This document shows positions 1-12,400 of a stretch of 64,000 nucleotides of DNA, piece by piece; position 1 is the first letter of the stretch; each line of letters begins with the position of its first letter. Made by a program: the position numbers and the translations under genes. Origin of the DNA: Hamiltosporidium tvaerminnensis FI-OER-3-3 (lineage: Eukaryota > Fungi > Microsporidia). The DNA is taken from contig CM061256.1 in assembly GCA_022605425.2 (NCBI GenBank), positions 1 to 64,000 on the forward strand, read 5' to 3'. A model generated the notes under the pieces. That model saw only the letters and a program-made list of their open reading frames with translations. It made no database searches and was not told the origin of the DNA.

Positions 1-1037
1 CCTAACCCTAACCCTAACCCTAACCCTAACCCTAACCCTAACCCTAACCCTAACCCTAACCCTAACCCTAACCCTAACCCTAACCCTAACCCTAACCCTA
101 ACCCTAACCCTAACCCTAACCCTAACCCTAACCCTAACCCTAACCCTAACCCTAACCCTAACCCTAACCCTAACCCTAACCCTAACCCTAACCCTAACCC
201 TAACCCTAACCCTAACCCTAACCCTAACCCTAACCCTAACCCTAACCCTAACCCTAACCCTAACCCTAACCCTAACCCTAACCCTAACCCTAACCCTAAC
301 CCTAACCCTAACCCTAACCCTAACCCTAACCCTAACCCTAACCCTAACCCTAACCCTAACCCTAACCCTAACCCTAACCCTAACCCTAACCCTAACCCTA
401 ACCCTAACCCTAACCCTAACCCTAACCCTAACCCTAACCCTAACCCTAACCCTAACCCTAACCCTAACCCTAACCCTAACCCTAACCCTAACCCTAACCC
501 TAACCCTAACCCTAACCCTAACCCTAACCCTAACCCTAACCCTAACCCTAACCCTAACCCTAACCCTAACCCTAACCCTAACCCTAACCCTAACCCTAAC
601 CCTAACCCTAACCCTAACCCTAACCCTAACCCTAACCCTAACCCTAACCCTAACCCTAACCCTAACCCTAACCCTAACCCTAACCCTAACCCTAACCCTA
701 ACCCTAACCCTAACCCTAACCCTAACCCTAACCCTAACCCTAACCCTAACCCTAACCCTAACCCTAACCCTAACCCTAACCCTAACCCTAACCCTAACCC
801 TAACCCTAACCCTAACCCTAACCCTAACCCTAACCCTAACCCTAACCCTAACCCTAACCCTAACCCTAACCCTAACCCTAACCCTAACCCTAACCCTAAC
901 CCTAACCCTAACCCTAACCCTAACCCTAACCCTAACCCTAACCCTAACCCTAACCCTAACCCTAACCCTAACCCTAACCCTAACCCTAACCCTAACCCTA
1001 ACCCTAACCCTAACCCTAACCCTAACCCTAACCCTAA
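1..1037. repeat. Telomeric repeat (CCCTAA)n / (TTAGGG)n, ~172 perfect units
   Basis: Uninterrupted CCCTAA array from base 1 to 1037 with the C-rich strand 5', as expected at a left chromosome end. Confidence 0.99.
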
Positions 1038-2487
1038 TTTTGTTATTATTGCTGTATTCAATTTATCTAAGAAAAGTTGATCGAAAAAGGTTTCAACAAT
1101 TACTAATATTTCAATCAAATTCGAAGTCTTCAACGATATATGTTGCAATGAGAGATTGGCAATTACTACATCCTCATGTACTGTATGATGACAGGGGTAT
1201 GTGAATCTAAAAATGTTTGAAAATTATTCTCAATTGATTTTACTCTCTCAGTATTTTTACATTTATTAAATTCAATGTACAAAATATCCGTTAAAAACAG
1301 AAATTCAACAATTATTCTTAAGACAATTTCACTGTCTGTCAATTCTTCTTTAAAACATAAAACTTTTAAACAAATTACAGCTGAAATATATTTATGATAT
1401 TCTACTTTGCTTATATTCATTAAAAGATTATAAATTGAAATAATTTGATTTGTCTTCGTATTCTCCAGAAACAATTCAATGAACTCTTTTGGATAATTCT
1501 GATTTTATGTAATTGCCTTACTATCAAAGTCGTTTATTTTAAAATCTAATATATCCTGGAATTTATCTTCATCGATTAAAATTTTTTAGATTATTGGATC
1601 TGAAATATATTTGATCATTTCTTTGTACAAATCATGATCGAGTGCATAATAGAAAGTTTCTGTGAAAAAAGCTTCTCTACACGAGAATAAAAGCATTGAA
1701 AATTCAATCAATACCGTATCAGGAACAGAAAAGGTAAGTTCGTACATTTTAAGTTTTTCATTTGGATTATAATATTTAACTGATAAAAAAAAGGAAAATA
1801 GACTTTCAAAAGAGGCATCGTAAAAATATTTTTGTGGTCCTACTACTACTGCTTCAGGAGAAAAATCGAAATTTAACCTAATATTTTAAAATTTATTAGA
1901 ATTCAATTTACAAGAATCTTAGTTACAAAAATGGTTTGCCGTGAATACTCGCAGACACATTTTTTTCCATGAAATACGCTTTAATATCTTGACTATTGTC
2001 TATAACCGAACAATTTCGTACCTGATACTTGATAGAAGTTTCCAAAAAATTGTTAAAAATATTTTATAATCCCTGATTTTCTCTATATATCTTGCTAAAC
2101 CTTCAAAAAAAAATAATGTTAACCAAAAATTCATGACTACACTCCATATTATTTTCCAGATTAGCTGCGCAGCTTATTGTAGAAATCAAAGTACTGAAAT
2201 GTAATAGCAATTCGTGTAAATATTCGTCAGTGTAGGTTTTAATATGATCAAAATAGAAGTCAACAATTGAAGCAATTTTTTTTGGTTGGGATTCTGACAA
2301 ACCATCATACATACTAAGTATATGGTTTTAAATTGTAGGATTATCTACTTGATAAATTTTATGCTGAATATATGTATTTTCAATTATCTGGGATCATCCA
2401 TTACAAGTCCTTTAGGTTTTCTATTTTCAGGTAAAACGCAAAAGCATGAGAGAATCAAAATCACCATGGGATGAACTTTTTATCCAT
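1038..2487 (-). pseudogene. Decayed, telomere-truncated gene of unknown family
   Basis: Co-oriented minus-strand ORF fragments 2103-2312 and 1166-1474. ATG at 2487 is followed, after a frameshift, by a hydrophobic MVILILSCFCVLP segment. A further stop-free frame (..[44 protein letters not shown]) runs into the telomere. Confidence 0.55.
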
Positions 2488-3339
2488 TTAAATAGATGTA
2501 TAATTTGCTTTAAATGTATTTTCTTAATTAAACTGTTTGACTTTGACATTGAAATAATATTTCTTTGACAGCTAAAGAATACTATTTTGTGGTATTTGAT
2601 TAATTAAAAAAATTCTTTATTTTCATTTTAGAGAAATGATATCAAATAGGCAATTTTTTTTTATATTTTAATCACTTGATTTATTTTGACAGATACATAC
2701 AATAAAGCAGTAAAAAGAAAGAAAATATTTATAAGAAACTTCTAGGTTTTCAATGATTGTGATTTGACATTAAATTTACGTTTAACCTTTAAAAAATGAA
2801 AATACGAAGTTATGAAAAACCATTACGATATTATTTGAACTAGAAATGGCAGCTCTTCTTATTTAAAAAATATTCAGTCATAGACAAATTAGAAATATAA
2901 AATTGCCTTAAGATTCTTTTACTTTATAAATTTGCTTACTTTCAAATATTAAAAATATATAGCGCCGAACTTTCAATTATATGTTATATTTTTTGAGAGA
3001 TAGAATCACAGTATAATAGTATATTCCATACGAATAGTACTCTTTGCTGCAAACCTTCTTCTTAGATGTTTTACATATTCTTAGAACAATGAATATTATA
3101 GATTTATCAGTATTTTCAAATAAATTGCAAACGATAAGATGAGTAAGACTGTACTGTTATTCTAAATGTTTTATCTTTAGTACAAGATTATTTAAAAATT
3201 ATCTAAAAGATAGATCTTTTTCTTAACCTAAAATCTATTTTGAGTTAGGAAATCTAATCATATTAGAACAGAAAACTTTTGATTTTAGCATAATTAAATA
3301 AAAATACTGTGACAATAAAATTAAAATACTTATAAAAAA

Positions 3340-4745
3340 ATATATTTGTATCTATACACGCCATCTTACTTTTCGTAGTTAGATTATGCAGATTGCACTG
3401 TTAGTAAAGCAAAATACATTTACGTCCAGGAAGTAAAAAACGTCTTTATCATGTCCGTAAAGAACTTAGAAAGGTTTGCGTTGTTTTAAGTTTCAAAGCA
3501 AACATATTCTGTTGCAACCCTTGATTGTTTGAAAAAATCTAAAGATGCAACGACCAAAATACCGGCATCCTATATGTTGAAGAACAATAGCAAAACTCAC
3601 CATGCAATGCAAAAAAAATTTTTAAAAATAAAATTCAATTTAGAACACGAAGTCACTAAGAAGAATTAAGCAGAAGCTCAACTTGCAAAACATATAACAA
3701 AATTTAAAAAATAATCTTTCATTCAAAGCAATATAGTGAAAAAAAAATAAGCTTGTGGGTGTCGGCACTCTTCAAATTGGCTATAGAAAAGAAATATTGG
3801 CAGCGTGATAGAGCAATATTCTGCTATATTCAGGATAGAAATGTATTCTAGAAGGCAGATGATCTAAGCCAACATTGTAATATATGTGGTAAATTGTATA
3901 TCATATATCAACTCGATGTGAAGAAAGGCTAGGACAAGGCTGCATCAGACGGCATAATGAAGTGGTTGGATGCCTACACCTTTTCTCTTTTAAATAGATA
4001 TAGATTTAAGTATTCGAAACGAATTTAAAAGGACTCGGAGCAAGGAATTTCTGAAAACACGCTAGCAGTTATAAAAGTTGATACCAGGATACAAACTTGA
4101 GTCGAGATTCGGAATAATAGAACCGACATATATATTTTAGATAAGAAGAAGAATATGATAACAGTCAATGAAGTGGAAATCACTTACCAAGATTCGGTTC
4201 ATATAGTTAAAACTGAAAAACTTAGGAGGTATGACCTGTTAGTTAATGAGAGTTGGCTTCTTTATAAATGTGGTATGGAATTGATTTTTTACGTGCTGAC
4301 TTGGGACAGTATTGTGACAAAATACCATAAATCACATCTTAAAAGACTACAAATACCCATGTGTGCAGAGGCATACATTCAGTCTATAAAACTTAAGAAG
4401 ACAGTCGAAACGATTTCTTTTGATCGACGAAGAGGACTTAAGTCAAGACTAAATGCCGAATAGAGCTGGGAGAGAGCGTCAATGGGTGTTATTATGAGAG
4501 CAGAGATGCATGAGGAACCAACACCCTCTTTAAAAGAAGAGAAGAGAGAGGAAGATGGTGCAAAAAATTTTAAACCAAAAAATAAAGACCCCTTTATTTC
4601 ACAAGGAGGAACCACTTTAGAGGAACCACCAATAACATAAATGAAGAGTCGGATTTTGAAAAAGAAACAACTGTGGTAAAAGAGGTACAAGAAAATGCAT
4701 AAAAATGGTAATTTCTTATTAACCAAGAATTTTATGAATTAAACG
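3340..4745 (+). mobile_element. Decayed 5'-truncated RLE-type (R4/Dong-like) non-LTR retrotransposon
   Basis: Colinear with 58760-60374 (AAAATACATTTACGTCCAGGA; ORF 4155-4463 TEKLRRYDLL..TWD.IVTKYHK..KKTVETISFDRRRGL). Ends in AACCAAGAATTTTATGAATT. Many stops and frameshifts. Confidence 0.92.
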
Positions 4746-4844
4746 TATATTTAAAATATTGTTGATAAAAACTCAGGAAATAGAATAATTTTTTTTGATG
4801 CGAAAATACGACAAAATATTTTAAATAAAAATAATATATTTATA

Positions 4845-5700
4845 CAGAATCTGTAGATCATCTAGCAACTCGATGTAAAAATGTTAGGCCCTGACTATCC
4901 TTACGGCATAATGGAGTAGTTAGATGCCAGAGGTTTCTTTTCTTAAATACATATAAATTTAAGTCATCAAAACGAATTAATGTTCACTCAGTTCAAGAAA
5001 TTCGTTAAGAAATACCACGCAGAGATAGGAGTGGGCAGCAGAATAAACACCGATTTTGAAATTTGCAAAATAACCACAATATAGTTATTTTAGATAGATC
5101 AGAGGTAAGATAACGCTTTTAAAGTAATAACACATTTTCATGATTTTTTTATAAATTAAAGAAACAGAAAAACTTTGAACGCATGATTTTTTAGCCAATG
5201 TTTTGGTCTTATTTACAAGTGATGTGCTGCTATGGTTCTTTATTATAATCAAAAGGAATTTTTGTAACATAAAAACAGAAAACATACCTTAAAATATTGC
5301 AGATACCGATAAACATACCAATATATACTTATTCGATAGTACTAAAGAAGACAGTAGAAACAATTTCTTTTGTTTGATGAAGAGGACTCGAGTCAGGAAC
5401 AAATGCCCAAGAGAGTTGGGAAAGAGCCACAAAGAGTGATATTAAGAAATCTGAGATGGATGAGAAAATCAATATCATTTTACAAATAAGCGATTAACGA
5501 TGAAGATGGTGTTAAACATTTTAACAAAAAAAAGAATAGACACCGTATTTCAGATATAAGAATTAACTAGAAAAACCGAAAATAAACATAAATGAAAAGT
5601 CAAATTTTAGAAGAACAAAATATAGTGGTAAAGAAAGAAGTAAAAGAAAATATATAAAAGTCTTAAAAATATTTTATAATAGAATATTATTGAATAAAAT
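4845..5700 (+). mobile_element. Second, tandem decayed 3' fragment of the same LINE
   Basis: GTAGATCATCTAGCAACTCGATGT (VDHLATRC), CACTCAGTTCAAGAAATT and GAAGAGGACTCGAGTCAGG all match the intact copy. Confidence 0.88.
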
Positions 5701-6767
5701 TAATATGATCCTAATCTTAATTTATTTTCATCAATGTATTAAATTATTTCTTATAAAATATCAAGTTTATCTTTAATTAATCCAAAAAAAAAATAATTTG
5801 ATCAAAATTTCTTTATTTGAACATAAATGTTTCTTACTTTTTCGATTTATCATCTTTTATACATTAATTCATTTAAAAAATAAATTTATCAAATATTATA
5901 TCAAGAATTAATTTCATAATTAAAAAGAATATGTTTAAATCGTGATTGATATATGAGCTGTATTAAATAAATCTATATATATTAACAGTCTTCATTAAAA
6001 TCCTTAAAGAGGTATAATTAATATAATCTGCCTTCATCTATCTAAAAATATTTATCTATATCGTTATATTTTTTTTTACTTCGTTATTTTTTACTTCTTT
6101 TTTTAGATTCAAATAAAAGTTTTTTAAAATATTTGATTTAAAAATATAAGAATTTTCTGTAAATTTCAATTTTATTTAATTCATAATGATGAATTTATAC
6201 TTATTTCAAATTTCTTATAAAGTCTTTATAGATATCATATAAATTACCCATAGAATTTGTTTAAATTACCTTAACCTACTTATATTCCTCCGATTAATTA
6301 CCTATAAATCCTTGAATATTCTCTTATAAATCTCTGATAATAAATTCTTATAAATTACATTAAATCTTCTAGCAGATTCATTATAAGGTATTTGCTAAGT
6401 ATTAATTCTTATCTATAAAATCAAAAACAATATAATAAATCTATTCACTCACCAAAAAAAACATTTGCGAATTACAAAATAGAAAATAAATAAATTTTAC
6501 TGAATTATTATAAAAATAAATATTTTCCAACTCTGTACATGAGAAAAAATAAAAAATTTATAAAATTTTTTATTTCAATTCTACTTCTTCAAAACTTACT
6601 AATTTATAATCAAAAAACGTGTTTATACAAAAGATGCAAGATTCTAAATATATTTAAGAAAAATATTATTTAAATATTGAAATATCACAAATAATTTGAT
6701 ATTTTTTATTATCCTTTATACTTAAAAGATATATCTTCTTGCAATATCACAATTTCCAAATACCAAG

Positions 6768-6982
6768 TATTCTCAATAATACATAATTAAATAATATTCT
6801 ACCTATTTCTCATTTATCAACCATTCGATCTCCATAGTACCCACCATTATTCTCAATAATACATAATTAAATAATATTCTACCTATTTCTCATTTATCAA
6901 CCATTCGATCTCCATAGTACCCACCATTATTCTCAATAATACATAATTAAATAATATTCTACTTATTTCTCATTTATCAACC
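6768..6982. repeat. 80-bp tandem repeat, ~2.7 copies
   Basis: TATTCTCAATAAT recurs at 6768, 6848 and 6928. Confidence 0.9.
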
Positions 6983-7419
6983 ACTTTATCTCAAGGACAC
7001 AACACACATATATCCTCATCAATTTCAAGACACTAAACCAGTATTACAAACCTTCTAAATGAAAAAACAACCATAATTACAACACCATAATAAATATAGC
7101 AATCCTTTCTTCTTAATATTGTTTATATCCACAATTATTTAATTAAAATCCAATTTAATTTTACCATTTGCAGTATCTAATTTAATATTCCTCTATATTG
7201 TAATATTATATCTTACAACCATATTCAATATATAGTTTATTTAAATATTAATTGTAAAATACATTATATATTATCCACATTTTTAATATTCATTTATTCT
7301 ATATTTTTATTTACCAAATCATCATATTTATCATTAAAATACTTATTTTTATTCTTTTTATATCCTTTTACACTTCTTTTTATATTTTTTTTATATTCCT
7401 TACATTCTTTCTTTTATAT

Positions 7420-7765
7420 TCCTTACATTCTTTATTTTATACTCCTTTTATATTCTTATTTTTACTACTCGTGTATTCTCTATATTTACTCACTTTTTAC
7501 TCTTTACATTCTTTCTTTTATACTCCTTTTATATTCTTATTTTTACTACTCGTGTATTCTCTATATTTACTCACTTTTTACTCTTTACATTCTTTATTTT
7601 ATACTCCTTTTATATTCTTATTTTTACTACTCGTGTATTCTCTATATTTACTCACTTTTTACTCTTTACATTCTTTATTTTATACTCCTTTTATACTCTT
7701 TTTTTATTCTTTTTTTACTCATCGTGTATTCTCTATATTTACTCACTTTTTATATTCTTTTATCT
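7420..7765. repeat. 81-bp pyrimidine-rich tandem repeat, ~3.5-4 copies
   Basis: CTCGTGTATTCTC recurs at 7468, 7549 and 7630. It generates the spurious ORF 7471-7770. Confidence 0.9.
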
Positions 7766-8119
7766 TATAGATAATTTATTTAATATATCTTAACTCTATA
7801 AAACCGTTATTAATTAAAAATAAAAATACTTTCAAATATAATATTTGTAATATATACTATTCATATGAATTTAAGAAAAAATAATTTTTAATTTTATTTT
7901 TTATTTAATTATTTTTTTTATTTAATTATTTTTTTTATTTAATTATTTTTTTTTATAACTGAAAAGATTTTTTAATTTATCAAATAAGAATAAAAAATAA
8001 AAAATTAAAAAAATTTTATTCTCATATTGATAACACTATAATATTAATAATACTCAATACCAATATATTAATCTATTAGTAATAACTTACAATACACTAT
8101 TACAAATCTGATGCTATAT

Positions 8120-8390
8120 TAATCCAATCCAATCCAATAATATATTAATCTAATCTAATATAATAATATTAATCTAATAGTATGCTAACACACTCAATAT
8201 AATAATCCATTCATCTATATATCCAATCCAATATAATAATATTAATCTAATGGTATGCTAACACACTCAAATAATAATCCAATCAAATAATATATTCATC
8301 CTATCCAATATAATGATATTAATCTAATGGTATGCTAACACACTCAATATAATAATCCAATCATCTATTAATCCAATCTAATACTCTAAA
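8120..8390. repeat. Imperfect C-rich tandem repeat
   Basis: ATTAATCTAAT(A/G)GTATGCTAACACACTCAA occurs three times, interspersed with AATCC units. Confidence 0.8.
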
Positions 8391-8396
8391 ATTTAC

Positions 8397-8657
8397 TTAA
8401 TCTATTTTTTCTACACGCGGCAAATAGTTTTTATCATCTATTGGCAATTCAAAAACAATATCCTCATATTCTTCTATCTTGATATTTCTATTCTTAATAA
8501 TATTATAATATAATGTTTCTTTATTATTTAAAAAATTTTTGGTTTTATATTTACGTAATAAAATAATTGTTATTGTAAGCACTATTACTGTTAGAAACAT
8601 AAATATGTAAATAATTAATTCTACTGTTATTTTTCTTTTTAGTATTGAAATATTCAT
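8397..8657 (-). CDS. Small single-pass membrane protein, unknown function (86 aa)
   Basis: One strongly hydrophobic segment (LIIYIFMFLTVIVLTITIILL) followed by basic RKYK. CC-type motif (CTACCTTT-ATG) before the start. Flanked by repeat arrays like the neighbouring real genes. Confidence 0.7.
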   Translation of the reverse strand: MNISILKRKITVELIIYIFMFLTVIVLTITIILLRKYKTKNFLNNKETLYYNIIKNRNIKIEEYEDIVFELPIDDKNYLPRVEKID

Positions 8658-8689
8658 AAAGGTAGAGAGAAGGGGTATTATAAATATAG

Positions 8690-9770
8690 TGGGTGGTGGG
8701 TGTTGAGGGTATGTTAGAGGGGAGTAGATAGGAGGGTATGTTAGAGGGTGATAATTATATGTTTGAGATAACAGGGTGTTACTAATACCGGTAGTAGATA
8801 AGAGGGTGTTACTTATACCGGTAGTAGATAAGAGGGTGTTACTAATACCGGTAGTAGATAAGAGGGTGTTACTAATAAGTATAATATTTAAAAGGGTGTT
8901 AATTATAGTATTCTTACTAACACCCTTATAATTAGTATACTTATTACTAACACCCTTATAAATACTATAGTTATTACTAACACCCTTTTAAATACTATAG
9001 TTATTACTAACACCCTTATAATTAGTATACTTATTACTAACACCCTTATAAATACTATAGTTATTACTAACACCCTTTTAAATACTATAGTTATTACTAA
9101 CACCCTTTTAAATACTATAGTTATTACTAAAACCCCTTTAATTACTATAGTTATTACTAACACCCTTTTAAATACTATAGTTATTACTAAAACCCCTTTA
9201 ATTACTATAGTTATTACTAACACCCTTTTAAATACTATAGTTATTACTAAAACCCCTTTAATTACTATACTTATTACTAACACCCTTTTAAATACTATAC
9301 TGATTACTAACACTCTTTTAATTACTATACTTATTACTAAAACCCTTTTAAATACTATACTTATTACTAACACCCTTTTAAATACTATACTGATTACTAA
9401 CACTCTTTTAATTACTATACTTATTACTAAAACCCTTTTAAATACTATACTTATTACTAACACCCTTTAAATATTATACTGATTACTAACACTCTTTTAA
9501 TTACTATACTTATTACTAAAACCCTTTTAAATACTATACTTATTACTAACACCCTTTAAATATTATACTTATTGCTAAAACCCTTTTATCTCCTACTCAT
9601 ATAATTAACAACCTCTTATCTACTACTCATATAATTAACATCCTCTACCTACCTCTCTTCTATCATTAACACCCTCTACCTCCATACTGTCATTAACACC
9701 CCACCCTCCCTACTATCATTAACACCCTTCTATCTATTTACCAATCCATATAACTATCACCCCTCTCTCT
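8690..9770. repeat. Bidirectional ~30-bp TAACACCC/GGGTGTTA array
   Basis: GGGTGTTA units at 8690-8901, then >20 units of TAACACCCTTTTA-AATACTATA(G/C)TTATTAC from 8918. Inversion centre at 8892-8927. Confidence 0.95.
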
Positions 9771-9796
9771 TCTTTTTTCTCCTCTTTTTTTCTTTA

Positions 9797-9807
9797 CCCT
9801 TAAAATG
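9797..9807 (+). promoter_or_regulatory. Microsporidian CCC start-proximal motif
   Basis: CCCTTAAA-ATG. Equivalent CCC motifs precede SUI1 (CCCTCTTTAT-ATG), the WOPR gene (CCCTCT-ATG), PHO88 (CCCTCGAA-ATG) and PRE5 (CCCTTAA-ATG). Confidence 0.75.
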
Positions 9808-10239
9808 TCAGAAAGTATTTACCAAGTAACACCAGAATCTTTTATTTCAAACCTTTCTTTACATTTAAAATCAAACCAAATAATAACACAACCACCCAAC
9901 ATATCAATACTTAAGACATCACATGCTAAACAACTACCACCAACAAACACTGATTGGATATTTGTACGTGCCTCTTCTATTATAAGAAGTATGCTTATTA
10001 ATATTTCTTGTTCTAAATACACTTCTATATCTTTACTTGCTAATAAGTATGGATGTTCTAAAAATAGAGGGTGTAGACCTTCTAGAAAGGTACGTGCTAG
10101 TCTTCATCCTATACAGTGGATACTTAAAGATTTGGAAAAGAAAGGATGGGTTGTTAAGTGTGAGAAGGGTAGGACTTTAAGTGAAGAGTGTGTTAAAGAG
10201 ATGGGACAACTTATTGAGAAGATAAAGAATAATGAGTAA
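9805..10239 (+). CDS. RPS19: 40S ribosomal protein S19 (eS19)
   Basis: KTSHAKQLPP..DWIFVRASSIIR, YGCSKNRGCRPS, ILKDLEKKGWV..GRTLS; 144 aa, no intron. Confidence 0.96.
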   Translation: MSESIYQVTPESFISNLSLHLKSNQIITQPPNISILKTSHAKQLPPTNTDWIFVRASSIIRSMLINISCSKYTSISLLANKYGCSKNRGCRPSRKVRASLHPIQWILKDLEKKGWVVKCEKGRTLSEECVKEMGQLIEKIKNNE

Positions 10240-10259
10240 AGTATTAGAGGTATGGATAG

Positions 10260-11260
10260 TATAGGGGTTATAGGGGGTTAGTATAAGGATTATAGGGAGT
10301 TAGATGGTTATAATGTTAGAGGGTTAGGATAAGACTAATTAATAAAGGGGTTTTAATTATAAGACTAATTAATAAAGGGGTTTTAATTATACTACTAATC
10401 AATAAAGGGGTTTTAATAATTGAACTAATTAATAAAAGGGTTTTAATTATTGAACCAATGAATAAAGGGTCTTAATTATACTACTAAGGAATAAAAGGTT
10501 TTAATTATAATACTAATGAATAAAAGGTTTTAATTATAATACTAATGAATAAAGGGGCTTTAATTATTAGACTAATGAATAAAGGGGTTTCAATATTTGG
10601 ACTAATCAATAAAAGGGTTTTAATTATTGAACCAATGAATAAAGGGGCTTTAATTATTAGACTAATGAATAAAGGGGTTTTAATTATTACAGATATTTTA
10701 AAAATTACTTTTATTAAACATTTTTATTCTTAGGTGTTAATTATAAGAGGTGACATTAAAGGGTGTTGTTTATATGAGGAGTTATTAAACGGGTGTTAAT
10801 TTCAAGTATAGTAATAACACCCTTCAAATATTGGTATGCTTAATAACACCCGCTTAATTATAAATACTCTTATAAACACACTCTAATTGACTACTTATAT
10901 CAATAACACCCTTTAATTCACTAATCTTATTACTAACACCCTCTTATTCACACTCATACACATTAACACCCTCTAATTCACACTCATACACATTAACACC
11001 CTGTTATTCACACTCATACACATTAACACCCTGTTATTCACACTCATACACATTAACACCCTGTTATTCACACTCATACACATTAACACCCTGTTATTCA
11101 CACTCATACACATTAACACCCTGTTATTCACACTCATACACATTAACACCCTGTTATTCACACTCATACACATTAACACCCTGTTATCCACTACCTATAC
11201 CAATAACACCCTGTTATTCACACTCATACACATTAACACCCTCTCCTTTATAACACCCGT
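10260..11260. repeat. Bidirectional ~30-bp array between convergent RPS19 and SUI1
   Basis: TAAAGGGGTTTTA units at 10340-10690, inversion at 10791-10822, then ~10 copies of TAACACCCTGTTATTCACACTCATACACAT at 10935-11245. Confidence 0.95.
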
Positions 11261-11264
11261 TCTT

Positions 11265-11534
11265 CTATATCTTCCCATGTGTAACAACACTATACTCACT
11301 AAAATAATTCTTTAGAATATTTTCAATAGAATAAGAAAAATTACCATTAAGTTCTATCGTACCTCCATCTTCTTGTCTAATAGCACCTACACATGACATT
11401 TCTTTCTTAAGTACTCTTAATGTATTCTGTTGTTGTTCTGTTGGAATACCTTTTATTAAAGTTTGTTTTTTATGTTTTTGTTGTCTTGAAGGAACTATCC
11501 AGACTGAAATTACTTTCTCTTCGGCATTTTGCAT
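11265..11534 (-). CDS. SUI1: Translation initiation factor eIF1 / SUI1 family
   Basis: KKQTLIKGIP..LRVLKKEMSCVGAI..GTIELNGN..VVTHG matches the SUI1 pattern. Start moved to ATG 11534 because the track start is TTG and a CCC motif precedes 11534. Confidence 0.88.
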   Translation of the reverse strand: MQNAEEKVISVWIVPSRQQKHKKQTLIKGIPTEQQQNTLRVLKKEMSCVGAIRQEDGGTIELNGNFSYSIENILKNYFSEYSVVTHGKI

Positions 11535-11579
11535 ATAAAGAGGGTTGTTTGTAAACAAATATAAAGGGTAATGTGGGTT

Positions 11580-12400
11580 ATAAGAGTATGGTAGAGGGTG
11601 TTAGTCATATGAGTATGGTAGAGGGGTGTTAGTAATATGAGTATGGTAGAGGGGTGTTAGTCAAATGAGTATGGTAGAGGGGTGTTAGTCAAATGAGTAT
11701 GGTAGAGGGGTGTTAGTAATATGAGTATGGTAGAGGGGTGTTAGTAACAAGGGTAGTAAATAAGAGGGTGTTAATCATAAATGTAGTAAATAAGAGGGTG
11801 TTATATATATGGTATGTCAATTAAAAGGGTGCTAATTACATAGGTTGAAATAAAACTCTGTTAGTAATATAGAGGTAGAATAAAACCCTGTTGGTATCAG
11901 GAGTAGTAAATAAAGGGTGTTAGTATGTGGAGTGTTAGTAAAGGGGTGTTAGTAACACCACTTATAATTAACACCCTGTCGGTAAAAATACATATGATTA
12001 AATCTCTATTAGTAACAAATCTGTAATTAAAACCCTCTTAAATCAAATCTCATTAATTAAGACCCTTTAAATAAAATAAATGTAAATATAACCCGTTAAA
12101 CCAAAACTCTTTAATTAAAACCTCTTAAAACAAAATAATAAACCCCTCTATCACTAACACCCTTCGTATCCCCCTATCTCTATTCCCCAAAATTACTTAT
12201 CACTAACACCCTTCCTATACCCCCTATCTCTACTTATCAATATCTCTATCACTAACACCCTTCCTATACCCCCTATCTCTACTCCTCAAAATTACTTATC
12301 ACTAACACCCTCTGACCTACTATCACTAACACCCTTCCTATCCCCCTTTCCTACTCCCCAAAATTAATTATCACTAACACCCTTCCTATCCCCCTATCTC
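11580..12400. repeat. Bidirectional 28-30-bp array between SUI1 and the WOPR gene
   Basis: GAGTATGGTAGAGGGGTGTTAGT units at 11583-11747, a variable-spacer lattice at 11750-12150, and TATCACTAACACCCTTCCTAT units to 12400. Confidence 0.93.

Noticed and set aside
6539-7220. Frameshifted membrane-protein gene
   Set aside because: Only short hydrophobic fragments, as expected from AT-rich composition; no recognisable homology.
8903-9463. Repeat-protein ORFs (also 7471-7770, 10545-10733, 10973-11191)
   Set aside because: These are translations of tandem repeats with unit lengths divisible by three, mostly with non-ATG starts and no start context.
10730-12150. CRISPR array (conserved core with variable spacers)
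   Set aside because: Eukaryotic context, no cas genes, 13-bp degenerate cores, 16-18-nt low-complexity spacers and a mid-array inversion.
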